Below, piece after piece: positions 38,589-48,005 of a stretch of 64,000 bases of DNA; within the stretch, counting starts at the first letter, position 1; every line of letters begins with the position of its first letter. The notes below the pieces were generated by a model. The model was given only the letters and a program-made list of their open reading frames with translations, did not search any database and was not told where the DNA came from. The translations under genes were made by a program, and so were the position numbers. Location of the stretch: contig CABULC010000006.1 of NCBI GenBank assembly GCA_902492325.1, positions 742 through 64,741 on the forward strand, written 5' to 3'. The DNA is from an uncultured Clostridium sp. Its GTDB lineage: Bacteria > Bacillota_I > Bacilli_A > RF39 > UBA660.

Positions 38589-40538
38589 CTAATTTAAATC
38601 TTTAAGTTCAAATATTACATCACGAAGTTCAGTAGCTCTTTCAAAGTCTAATTTACTTGCTGCTTCTCTCATTTCTATTTCAAGTTTATGAATCATATCA
38701 TTTAACTCTTTCTTAGAATATTTTTTCTTTTCTATCTTTTGTTCTTCGACTTCGTTAGTTATTGCTTCTTTAATATCTTTAACTATTGTTTTAGGAATAA
38801 TTCCATGTTCTTTATTATATTTTTCTTGAATAGCACGTCTTCTATTAGTTTCACTAATTGCAATCTTCATTGCATCACTCATAGTATCTGCATACATTAT
38901 TACTTTACCATTTTGATTTCTTGCAGCTCTTCCTATAGTTTGTATTAAACTTCTATCGCTTCTTAAGAATCCTTGTTTATCAGCATCCATTATACATATA
39001 AGTGATACTTCTGGTATATCAATGCCTTCACGAAGAAGATTTATTCCAACTACTACATCTATCTTACCAAGTCTAAGATTACGTATTATATTAAGTCTTT
39101 CTAGAGTTTTTATTTCATTATGTAAGTATGTTACTTTATATCCAAGTTCTTTTAAATAAGTAGTTAATTCTTCACTCATACGTATAGTAAGTGTAGTAAT
39201 AAGTACTCTTTCATTCTTAGCTATTCTATCATTTATTTCTTCAATAATATTATCTATTTGATTCTTAGTTGGTCTTACATCAATTATAGGGTCTAATAAT
39301 CCAGTAGGTCTAATAATTTGTTCAACTGGTTTATCAACAAGTGATAACTCATAATCTCCAGGAGTAGCTGAAACATATATTACTTGATTAAGTTTAGCTT
39401 TAAATTCATCAAACTTTAGAGGCCTATTATCCATCGCACTAGGAAGTCTAAATCCATAATCAACAAGAGTTTGCTTACGCATATGATCTCCATTATACAT
39501 ACCTCTTACTTGAGGAAGTGTAACGTGACTTTCATCAATAACAAGTAAGAAATCCTTTGGAAAGAAATCTATTAATGTTGTTGGAGTTTCACCTGCATCT
39601 CTAAGTGACATATGTCTACTATAGTTTTCAATACCATGACAAAATCCAGTCTCTTTAAGCATCTCTATATCATACATAGTTCTTTCTTTAAGTCTTTGCT
39701 CTTCAAGAAGTTTACCTTCTTCATGTAATTCTTTAAGTCTGCCTTCAAGTTCTTTTTCTATTCTTTTAGTTGCTTCTTGTATCTTTTCATCACTAGTTAC
39801 AAATAATGAAGCTGGGAATATACTTATAGTTTTAACACTACTATTAACTCTACCAGTAAGTGGATCAAATAAACTTATTTTATCTATTTCATCTCCAAAT
39901 AATTCTACTCTAATACCACTCTTTTTTTCTCCGATAGGTATTAGTTCTATAGTATCCCCTTTAACTCTAAAAGTACCACGTTTTAAATCAAAAACACTTC
40001 TTTCATACTGCATACCAACTAATTTTTCAAGTATAGCATCTCTATCAATTATATCTCCTACTGAAAGATTAAGCATTTTATTTATATATTCTTCTTTTTC
40101 TCCAATACTATATATACAAGAAACACTAGATACTATTATTGTATCTCTTCTATCTATTATAGCAGCAGTCGCAGCATGTCTTAATTCATCTATTTCATCA
40201 TTTATACTAGAGTCTTTCTCAATATATAAGTCTTTACTTGGTACATATGCTTCGGGTTGATAGTAATCGTAATAAGAAACGAAGTACTCTACTTTATTAT
40301 TAGGAAATAACTCTTTAAACTCAGCATATAATTGTCCAGCTAATGTTTTATTATGAGCAAGTATTAATGTAGGTTTATTAGTTTGAGCAATAATATTCGC
40401 GATAGTAAAAGTCTTACCAGTACCAGTTGCTCCCAAAAGTACTTGATTCTTTTTACCACTATTAACACCATCAACAAGTTTTTTTATTGCCTCTGGTTGA
40501 TCACCACTAGGTTTATATTTACTTACTAATTCAAACAT
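38589..40538 (-). CDS. uvrB: excinuclease ABC subunit B
   Basis: GATGTGKT Walker A, DESH box, beta-hairpin region and the C-terminal UVR domain (FERATELRD). Confidence 0.97.
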   Translation of the reverse strand: MFELVSKYKPSGDQPEAIKKLVDGVNSGKKNQVLLGATGTGKTFTIANIIAQTNKPTLILAHNKTLAGQLYAEFKELFPNNKVEYFVSYYDYYQPEAYVPSKDLYIEKDSSINDEIDELRHAATAAIIDRRDTIIVSSVSCIYSIGEKEEYINKMLNLSVGDIIDRDAILEKLVGMQYERSVFDLKRGTFRVKGDTIELIPIGEKKSGIRVELFGDEIDKISLFDPLTGRVNSSVKTISIFPASLFVTSDEKIQEATKRIEKELEGRLKELHEEGKLLEEQRLKERTMYDIEMLKETGFCHGIENYSRHMSLRDAGETPTTLIDFFPKDFLLVIDESHVTLPQVRGMYNGDHMRKQTLVDYGFRLPSAMDNRPLKFDEFKAKLNQVIYVSATPGDYELSLVDKPVEQIIRPTGLLDPIIDVRPTKNQIDNIIEEINDRIAKNERVLITTLTIRMSEELTTYLKELGYKVTYLHNEIKTLERLNIIRNLRLGKIDVVVGINLLREGIDIPEVSLICIMDADKQGFLRSDRSLIQTIGRAARNQNGKVIMYADTMSDAMKIAISETNRRRAIQEKYNKEHGIIPKTIVKDIKEAITNEVEEQKIEKKKYSKKELNDMIHKLEIEMREAASKLDFERATELRDVIFELKDLN

Positions 40539-40641
40539 AATACTTTCCCTCCTTTAAAAACTTTATTTATATTATTTCTCTTTTTGCTTTTTATATTCTA
40601 ACACCTACGTCAATACAAAACAAGCGAACAAAAGGAAAAAG

Positions 40642-40655
40642 TAAACAAATGTTCA
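40642..40655. promoter_or_regulatory. candidate LexA box upstream of uvrB
   Basis: Minus strand reads TGAACATTTGTTTA (GAAC-N4-GTTT), about 100 nt upstream of the uvrB ATG. Confidence 0.35.
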
Positions 40656-40675
40656 CTTTATTAACTTAAATTCTC

Positions 40676-41005
40676 TTATTCTAAATAACTTACTTTTTTA
40701 CCTGTGGCTTTAGCATATTCTATTTCTGATTTTGTTGACTAACCAATATATCCACCTACATTAATAACAAATATTTCATCGGCTAAATCAATTTTTCTTT
40801 TATGCATATCATCTAACATTTCTTTAGTTTTAGTAAGTGTACCTTCATCCATATTTTCCCACACTTCGCTATCACCTGAATGACCAAAAAGTCCTACTGA
40901 TATAACTATATTACCCTTTAATGTTAAATCTTTTTGTGCTTTTAAAAATTCATCTTTAAACTTCGTTGAGCCACATAAAGTTATTATTTTATAATTTCTA
41001 ATCAT
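40676..41005 (-). pseudogene. small conserved (nucleoside 2-deoxyribosyltransferase-like / DUF-type) gene interrupted by an in-frame TAG
   Basis: The ORF ends ...FVINVGGYIG-TAG(40739..40741). The same frame then continues STKSEIEYAKATGKKVSYLE-TAA(40676..40678), a continuation of the kind recalled for this family (GGYIG-E-ST..EI.YA...GK.V.YLE). Confidence 0.6.
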
Positions 41006-41016
41006 AATTTTTCCTC

Positions 41017-42045
41017 TCAATTATTATAAATATTTTTTAAATCATTAATAAACCTATCAAATGGAAATTTATCTCCAGGACAAGATGGTTTAACTATAGG
41101 ATCGACATCTCTATGTCCAACTATATGATCTTTATCTATTATAAAATCTTTATTATATTTTTCTTTTACATAATCAATTATTTCACACATTACTTTTAAT
41201 GATGTTTGATATTGCTCTTCAGTTAGCGAACCATCAAACGATTCGTGTTCTATAGTAAAAGTATAAAAGTTAGCATTATAACTTCTACTACTAACTAAAG
41301 GATTAGAAGAAAATTTATAATATGTATCCTTTTCTTCTTCATCAATAGTCCCATTAGTCCATGCACCATCTTTTAAATCAAGTGAATGTGTTACCTCACC
41401 TTTTCTAGAAACAACATAATGAGTAGTAACTCTAGATTCAGGATTATATACAGTATTTACAATTCTTCCATAATCAGGACTAATATGGCATACAATCATA
41501 TCTGGTGTATATCCATTTCTGTCTTCATACTTATAAAATCCATACTTTGAATGTTCTAATATTTCTTCTTTAGCTTCAGTTCTTTCTTTTATGAATATTT
41601 TTAAATAATTATCTTTATTTATTCCACTATATATAGAACCTAATCTATCTATAATATCTTGATTATAAAGTTTCATAACAACAAAATAATAATATAAAGT
41701 TAAACCTAAATATCTGTGATCACTACTATCAATAACATAATTTATAGCTTTAACATAATATTTATCTTCTAAGTCTTTAGTATCATATAAACAATAATAA
41801 ATATATTTAGAGTCATCATAAGAAAGAATTTTATCAAGTAATAATTCTCTATCTATATCTTTAATACTTCTAAAAAAGTAATGTATATATTTTTTATCAT
41901 CACTATTTATAATACTATTAATAAATTTCTTTTTATTTTTAACATTATGAAAATACGCATATAAAAAGATATATCTTGCATTATTAGTTTTTAATATTTC
42001 ATTTTCAAATTTTATACTTTCTTCATTTATTATTCTATCTATCAT
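41017..42045 (-). CDS. N-acetylmuramoyl-L-alanine amidase (Amidase_2/PGRP type) with an unknown N-terminal domain
   Basis: The C-terminal half has HISPDYG...THYVV...TIEHE...IVGHRDV...CPG, typical of amidase_2. The N-terminal ~170 aa carries a repeated DDxKYIxY motif. Confidence 0.7.
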   Translation of the reverse strand: MIDRIINEESIKFENEILKTNNARYIFLYAYFHNVKNKKKFINSIINSDDKKYIHYFFRSIKDIDRELLLDKILSYDDSKYIYYCLYDTKDLEDKYYVKAINYVIDSSDHRYLGLTLYYYFVVMKLYNQDIIDRLGSIYSGINKDNYLKIFIKERTEAKEEILEHSKYGFYKYEDRNGYTPDMIVCHISPDYGRIVNTVYNPESRVTTHYVVSRKGEVTHSLDLKDGAWTNGTIDEEEKDTYYKFSSNPLVSSRSYNANFYTFTIEHESFDGSLTEEQYQTSLKVMCEIIDYVKEKYNKDFIIDKDHIVGHRDVDPIVKPSCPGDKFPFDRFINDLKNIYNN

Positions 42046-42084
42046 ATTCCACCACTAATTATATTCCAATAATAACACATTAAA

Positions 42085-42114
42085 ACCAAAATTAAAACTG
42101 TCATAAGACAGTTT
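42085..42114 (-). terminator. intrinsic terminator ending the trpS operon
   Basis: Minus strand: AAACTGTC-TTAT-GACAGTTT followed by TAATTTTGG. Confidence 0.65.
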
Positions 42115-42119
42115 AATAT

Positions 42120-43067
42120 TTATATTGAATGAACAATACCACTATAATTATATGCCGGCATATCTGCATCAGTAGGAACCTTTGATACAAAATTTCCAAG
42201 CATAGCAGGTAGTTCTTTTTTACTAACAACAAATCTTCCAGTAGTTCCAACATTCATTGGAGTATCACTATTAATTTTAATAACACCCGGAAGCGCATTT
42301 ACCATATCAATGTTACATATTTTAGGAACAAAGTATTCTACTACTGCATTATCTCCTTCATAAGTAATTTCAATACTAAGTGCATGTCCTTTATCTCTAA
42401 CCATCATTAGAGCTTTATTAACATTTGGAAGGCTTATTAAATCAGTATCTCCTCCTCCAGTATTACTTGGATAAGAATTATATATATCATTAACTTCAGA
42501 GTTAGGTTTACCATATAAAGTTAATGAATACCCACCAATATCTCTATTACCTATTACACTCATAGAATGTAAAACATCAACATTGTTTGTAACATACATA
42601 TGAAGTAAATGTAATGCTTCATTTATAGTAGTACAATTTTGAAAATAACTATCTACATCTGCAAAAGAAGTATAACCTGCAAAATTCATTTTAACATCAT
42701 TAACAAATTCTTCTCTCATATAAGAAACTCTATCATTAAAGAATTTTTTTATAGTAGAAGGATCATATCTAAGATTAACTGATTCATCAATAAGGCCTTT
42801 AAAAAATGCGTCCATTTTCTCTAAAGTATCTTTTTCTAAATCTAAATTTCTTCCCATAAATTTAAATTCAGTTCTTAAATCTTTAAGACCTCTATATAAT
42901 TTATCCATATATTCAACCATTGCATCCATCGTATATAAATCAGCCTCAGTTGGTACTAAAGAATGCATATCTTTTTTAACACACATATCAGCTGCAAAAA
43001 ATCTTTCTATTTTATCAGTTTTTTCTTGTCTTTTATCTTCCTCAGTCTTCTTAAATATATCAAACAT
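42120..43067 (-). CDS. hypothetical protein co-transcribed with trpS
   Basis: 315 aa with AGGTGA upstream of ATG 43067. There are 36 nt and no hairpin between it and the trpS stop. No motif recognised. Confidence 0.45.
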   Translation of the reverse strand: MFDIFKKTEEDKRQEKTDKIERFFAADMCVKKDMHSLVPTEADLYTMDAMVEYMDKLYRGLKDLRTEFKFMGRNLDLEKDTLEKMDAFFKGLIDESVNLRYDPSTIKKFFNDRVSYMREEFVNDVKMNFAGYTSFADVDSYFQNCTTINEALHLLHMYVTNNVDVLHSMSVIGNRDIGGYSLTLYGKPNSEVNDIYNSYPSNTGGGDTDLISLPNVNKALMMVRDKGHALSIEITYEGDNAVVEYFVPKICNIDMVNALPGVIKINSDTPMNVGTTGRFVVSKKELPAMLGNFVSKVPTDADMPAYNYSGIVHSI

Positions 43068-43103
43068 ATTTATCACCTACTATAAATATATAATACTATA
43101 TTT

Positions 43104-44186
43104 TTAATTATTTATAAACTTATTTTTAAATTCTTCATCTTCAAAATAATTAATACCTATATCACTTTTAACTTTATTAAGTATTTTATTTGAATGTTCA
43201 ATTGCCCTTAATGTACCTTGTCTTAGCATTTCAAATACTTCAGGTTTACGTTTTTCATAGTCTTCACGTCTTGTTCTAATTGGTTCCATTACTTCTTGCA
43301 TAACATCATTTAAGAATCTCTTAACTTTCATATCTCCTAAACCACCACGTTCATAGTGTGCTTTTAACTCATCAAGATTCTTATATTCTGGTAAATATTT
43401 CTTAAAGTGTTCATCTGTTGCAAATGCTTCCAAGTATATAAATACTGTATTATTTTTAGTATCTCCTGGATCTTCTACTTTAATATGATTTGGATCAGTA
43501 TACATACTCATTACTTTTCTTTTAATTTCCTCACTTGAATCTTTTAGATATATACAATTACCAAGAGATTTACTCATCTTAGCATTTCCATCTGTGCCAG
43601 GAAGTCTTAAACATTTTTCATTGTCAGGAAGTATTGCTTCGGGTAAAACTAAAGTATCTGTTTTATATATTCTATTAAATGAATTAACTATTTCACGAGT
43701 TTGTTCTATCATTGGAAGTTGATCATCTCCAACTGGTACATATTTAGCACCAAAAGCAGTTATATCAGCAGCCTGACTAATCGGATAAGTAAAGAATCCT
43801 ACTGGTAAATTATTTTCAAAATTTCTAAGTTTAATTTCATTTTTAATAGTTGGATTTCTTTGAAGTCTAGCTACTGTTACTAAATTTGAGTATAACATTG
43901 GAAGTTCATATAAAGCTGGTATTTCACTTTGCAATAAAAATGTTGTTTTATCTGGTTCTAAACCTACAGCCAAATAATCAAGCATTACTTCCATTACATT
44001 TTCACGAATCTTTTCTGGATTATCTGCATTATCTGTAAGTGCTTGTAAATCCGCAATCATAACAAATTGATTATAGTTTCCACTATTTTGTATTTCTACA
44101 CGTTTTCTAAGTGACCCAACATAGTGTCCAATATGTAATGGACCTGTAGGTCTATCTCCTGTTAAAGTTATATATTTTTCTTTCAT
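43104..44186 (-). CDS. trpS: tryptophan--tRNA ligase
   Basis: GDRPTGPLHIGHYVG (HIGH) and KMSKSLGN (KMSKS). The upstream T-box carries a UGG specifier. Confidence 0.92.
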   Translation of the reverse strand: MKEKYITLTGDRPTGPLHIGHYVGSLRKRVEIQNSGNYNQFVMIADLQALTDNADNPEKIRENVMEVMLDYLAVGLEPDKTTFLLQSEIPALYELPMLYSNLVTVARLQRNPTIKNEIKLRNFENNLPVGFFTYPISQAADITAFGAKYVPVGDDQLPMIEQTREIVNSFNRIYKTDTLVLPEAILPDNEKCLRLPGTDGNAKMSKSLGNCIYLKDSSEEIKRKVMSMYTDPNHIKVEDPGDTKNNTVFIYLEAFATDEHFKKYLPEYKNLDELKAHYERGGLGDMKVKRFLNDVMQEVMEPIRTRREDYEKRKPEVFEMLRQGTLRAIEHSNKILNKVKSDIGINYFEDEEFKNKFINN

Positions 44187-44533
44187 AATTTCATCTCCCT
44201 TAAATATTAATATTTTCTATTTTATTTTTATTAGTTAATATTTAACACCATCGAAATCCCTCATAATATTTTATCATTTCACACCTCTAATAAAAAAATC
44301 TTATCCTAAACTAGGATAAGATTATAATTCTTACTATTGCCACCTAAAATAGCTTATTACCTATACCATCATATAGTCCTTTTGTTAACGAAGATGAGTA
44401 CTTCGTATTATCCTACTACTATTTCAGATAATCTTTCATTGGCCCATTCAATATAATCAATCTTATGACTTCCCATCAACCAGTCACTTTCTATAAAGAA
44501 TCATATACCTACTCTTCCAAATCAACAATTTAC
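44187..44533 (-). promoter_or_regulatory. T-box leader (tRNA-Trp responsive) of trpS
   Basis: Minus strand: stem I elements (GAAGAGTAGG, AGAAAG); candidate specifier UGG at 44444..44446 within GAA-TGG-GCC; T-box core TTTAGGTGGCAATAG (44334..44344); then a terminator/antiterminator. Confidence 0.75.
44292..44322 (-). terminator. T-box attenuator terminator
   Basis: Minus strand: ATCTTATCC-TAGTTTA-GGATAAGAT followed by TTTTTTTATT. Confidence 0.75.
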
Positions 44534-44539
44534 GAGTAA

Positions 44540-44568
44540 ATTATAATATATATTTTATATATTGTCAA
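44540..44568 (-). promoter_or_regulatory. sigma-A promoter of the trpS T-box leader
   Basis: Minus strand: consensus TTGACA-17 nt-TATAAT. Confidence 0.7.
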
Positions 44569-44588
44569 ATTAATTAAAGAATAAATAT

Positions 44589-45524
44589 TTATTTTAATTC
44601 AAGACACATTGGCTTTTCTTCAACAACTTCTTCTAAAGTAGAACTAGGTATTATAGTATTTGCTTTATAAGCTAATGCATTCATTTCATTAACAACTTGA
44701 ATAATTTCTTCATTAGAGCCCCTATTATTAATAAGTTCTATTCTTCTTTCATCTAACTCTCTATATTTGTTTTTTAAGAATAAAATGATTGCTTTTTGTT
44801 TACGAGTTTTTGCAAGCATCTCTTGAGAATTATTTTTAACAACAGATATCTCTTTAATATCATCTAAGCTTTTAATTTTATTAGGTTCCATTAAATTAAC
44901 TTTTTTAACAGTTGCCTTTTCTTCTTTATCAGATCCAGGTACTTCATCATCTTTTTTCTTTGACTTTTTATTTTGTTTTAACTCTTTAATTGTATTTACA
45001 AGTGGTATACCAGCAAGAAATGTTGAAAGTTGAGCAATAAGAGGTGAAGCAGATATAAGCATACTAACAGGTAGAGAAAAATCAAAACAAATACCAACAG
45101 GAAGTGTTAAGAAAAGTGATAAAATTGCAGATGCACCCAAAGTAAGTATAAAAAGATCAGAATAACCATCAAATAATTCGCTAAAATTTCTCTTAAAAAT
45201 CTTTGAAGGTTTTGTATAAATATCTTTCTCAGTTTTAATAAATTTCTTTTTCATCTCTTTAGTATTAGCAAGTTTATAAAGTCTTTCAGATTCACGAGCA
45301 TATTCACTATTAGTATGTTCTCCTACTTCTATATGATAATCTTGATAAGAATAGTCATAATCTAATATGTTAAAATTATAACCATCATCAGTTTTATCAG
45401 CTTTAGCACATCTTCCTTTGCGAATATACTTTTCTATTTTTTTAATAACACGATCTGCTTTTACAGCAACATCGTCTCCTCCTATAAATAAACTTTTTTC
45501 ATTTTTAAATTTAATATTAATCAT
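44589..45524 (-). CDS. hypothetical membrane protein
   Basis: Soluble N-terminal domain, 2-3 central TM helices, a Lys-rich linker and a C-terminal coiled coil. GGGGGA SD upstream of ATG 45524. Confidence 0.4.
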   Translation of the reverse strand: MINIKFKNEKSLFIGGDDVAVKADRVIKKIEKYIRKGRCAKADKTDDGYNFNILDYDYSYQDYHIEVGEHTNSEYARESERLYKLANTKEMKKKFIKTEKDIYTKPSKIFKRNFSELFDGYSDLFILTLGASAILSLFLTLPVGICFDFSLPVSMLISASPLIAQLSTFLAGIPLVNTIKELKQNKKSKKKDDEVPGSDKEEKATVKKVNLMEPNKIKSLDDIKEISVVKNNSQEMLAKTRKQKAIILFLKNKYRELDERRIELINNRGSNEEIIQVVNEMNALAYKANTIIPSSTLEEVVEEKPMCLELK

Positions 45525-45724
45525 CTTTATCCCCCTTAATATTGCACATATTATATCATAAATGATACTAAAAATCAAGTAAAATCAAGCTTTACATGCA
45601 TAAACTATATATTTCTTGATAATTGAAATTACAATTAAATAAACATTATAAATAAGTTTCTGAATATTAAAAAGCCAAAGGATTATAGAAATCAACTATA
45701 ATCCTCTTTTTCTATAAAAAGTAA

Positions 45725-46507
45725 CTATACTCCAACACTCATAGTTTCAGGAAGTGTACTTCCACCATCTATTACTATTCCTTGTCCTGTTATATAGCTT
45801 GCTTCATCACCTGCAAGAAAAGCAGCTAGTTCTCCTAACTCTTCTATAGTTCCAAGTCTCTTCATTGGAATACCTATTCTAATTCCTTCTATAACACTTT
45901 TTGGGTCTTCACTATTAGAATCTTTTGCAATACCATCTACCATTGGTGTCATTATATATCCTGGCATTATAGCATTTACTCTTATATTTCTACTAACTAG
46001 TTCCATTGCTAAACCTTTAGTAAATCCTATTAATGCAGCCTTGGTAGTCGCATAAGCACATTCTCCAGTATCAGCTACCATTGGTCCAGTAACACTTGAT
46101 AAATTAACAATACTACCATTATCATTAAAATATTTAAGACATGATTTAGTTACATTCCAAGTACCTTTTATATTAACATCAAAATGAAAATCTCTAACTT
46201 CATCAATCATTTCCATAAAATTTTCTATTTTAGCAACTCCAGCATTATTAACAAGTACATCTATATTACCAAATATTTCTTTAGTTTTCTCTATAGCTTC
46301 ATTTACTTTATCTTTATCTCTTATATCAGCATGAAAACCTATAACATCATGTCCTTCGTTATTAAGTTTAGCCACTATAGCGTTTACTGACTCATCATAA
46401 TCAATAATAGATACTTTAGCTCCATATTTTAAAAATACTTTAACTATTCCAAGACCATTACCCATAGCACCACCTGTTACTACACATACTTTATCTTTTA
46501 ATTTCAT
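45725..46507 (-). CDS. SDR-family oxidoreductase
   Basis: TGGAMGNGLG (TGxxxGxG), NNAG, and the catalytic S...YATTK (YxxxK). Confidence 0.85.
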   Translation of the reverse strand: MKLKDKVCVVTGGAMGNGLGIVKVFLKYGAKVSIIDYDESVNAIVAKLNNEGHDVIGFHADIRDKDKVNEAIEKTKEIFGNIDVLVNNAGVAKIENFMEMIDEVRDFHFDVNIKGTWNVTKSCLKYFNDNGSIVNLSSVTGPMVADTGECAYATTKAALIGFTKGLAMELVSRNIRVNAIMPGYIMTPMVDGIAKDSNSEDPKSVIEGIRIGIPMKRLGTIEELGELAAFLAGDEASYITGQGIVIDGGSTLPETMSVGV

Positions 46508-46553
46508 AATTCACCTCTATTTTATAATAACAAAAAAGTAACTAAATTAATAG

Positions 46554-47177
46554 TTACTTATTACAATCAGTTGTACAATAATCAAAAGAAACATCATTAA
46601 TCATTTTAGATAATCTATTCTTAAGACCATCCAAATCTTCATTTTTCCAATAATCTTCAGGATTTTCATATCCTTTAGTATCATAAGATGTTTCATCATC
46701 AAAACCAACAATTTTACCTTTATTAACAGCTATAACAGCAGGCACATAAATTCTCTTATTTCCTTCATCATCATATTTTAAATAATCCTTTAATAATTCA
46801 ACAGTTTTCTTATAATTGTCAGTATTATTCTTTCTATCCTTTAAAATATTAAAATAATATATTTTATCTAATTTTGCCTTTTTAGCAACTTCATTCAAAT
46901 AAGGAACATATCCTTTACACCAAGGACATTCAGGAAAACCCAAATACACAATTCCAGTACCATTTTTAAGTATTTTATTTATTTCTTCAAGTGTTCTATA
47001 AACAAACACATTATCATTATCAATAGAATATTCACTGGCGAATTTTTCAGCATCGGTTTCTTTACTATCAGTGCTTGTAAATCCTACATAAAAACCAACA
47101 CAACACGCTAAAGCTAAAATAGTTCCAATAATTATATAATTCAACGTTTTATCTTTTTTATCTTCTTTTTTCTTCAT
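46554..47177 (-). CDS. membrane-anchored thioredoxin-fold protein
   Basis: N-terminal TM, then CPWC in a Trx-like context (VYLGFPECPWCKGYVP). Confidence 0.55.
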   Translation of the reverse strand: MKKKEDKKDKTLNYIIIGTILALACCVGFYVGFTSTDSKETDAEKFASEYSIDNDNVFVYRTLEEINKILKNGTGIVYLGFPECPWCKGYVPYLNEVAKKAKLDKIYYFNILKDRKNNTDNYKKTVELLKDYLKYDDEGNKRIYVPAVIAVNKGKIVGFDDETSYDTKGYENPEDYWKNEDLDGLKNRLSKMINDVSFDYCTTDCNK

Positions 47178-47263
47178 AATTCACATCCTTACATTATCAT
47201 TTTAATATATTTTTATAAAAAATACTATAAATTTTAAGTTGAGTATCTAAACTTAAAGTTGAA

Positions 47264-47947
47264 TTACTTATTACAGCTAGTTAAAGTTAAAGGAATTTTA
47301 TATGTTGTAGTTTTTCCATCTTTTTTAGCAAGTATTTCAATATATATATGATTATTAGTATAATTCTTACAATTAGATTCATAATCATCAACTACAAATT
47401 CTACTTCATGCAAATATTCTTCTAAAGTTACATTTTCTTTTTTAGAGTATTCACTTATTTTAGTAGTAACTCCATCATGAGAATCAAATAATATGCATTC
47501 AACACTATCATAAGTATTATTATCATCCCCTCCACAATATTTAACATTAGATATATATATAGAAGATTTATCTTTATTATAAGCAATACTTCCTGAAATA
47601 GTAAAATTCTTACAAGCAGCACTTAAAGTCTTAAATTCAAATTTTTCTTTATGAAAAAATATAAGCACTATTAATACACTTAATAAAATAACTAAGGCTA
47701 TAATAATAGGAATATAATATTTGTTATTTTTCTTCTTTTTATTTTCCCCATCAAGTAAATCATCTATATTTATATTAAAATCTTTACTCATTTGTTTAAG
47801 AATTGAAATATCAGGTATATTCTTACCATTCTCCCATTTACTTACAGCTTGATATGTCACTCCATATTTAAGAGCTAAATCATTTTGAGTTAAATTGTTA
47901 TTTTTTCTAAGTTCTCTAATAAATTTTCCAATCTTCTCTTGATCCAT
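47264..47947 (-). CDS. XRE-family HTH protein with TM and extracellular domain
   Basis: IGKFIRELRKNNNLTQNDLALKYGVTYQAVSKWENG HTH, one TM and a Cys-containing C-terminal domain. ATG 47947 has GGAG upstream. Confidence 0.7.
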   Translation of the reverse strand: MDQEKIGKFIRELRKNNNLTQNDLALKYGVTYQAVSKWENGKNIPDISILKQMSKDFNINIDDLLDGENKKKKNNKYYIPIIIALVILLSVLIVLIFFHKEKFEFKTLSAACKNFTISGSIAYNKDKSSIYISNVKYCGGDDNNTYDSVECILFDSHDGVTTKISEYSKKENVTLEEYLHEVEFVVDDYESNCKNYTNNHIYIEILAKKDGKTTTYKIPLTLTSCNK

Positions 47948-47974
47948 AACTACTCCAATCATTAAATATTATAA

Positions 47975-48005
47975 CAAAAAAAGAATGGAATTTAAATCCA
48001 TTCTA
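47975..48005 (-). terminator. intrinsic terminator of the J-domain gene
   Basis: Minus strand: AGAATGGA-TTTAAAT-TCCATTCT followed by TTTTTTTG. Confidence 0.65.

Noticed and set aside
40676-45578. Possible prophage remnant (amidase_2, phage-like small gene, unknown ORFs).
   Set aside because: No integrase, terminase, capsid, tail or holin genes, and no att repeats. trpS with its T-box sits in the middle, so this looks like ordinary chromosome with at most isolated relics.
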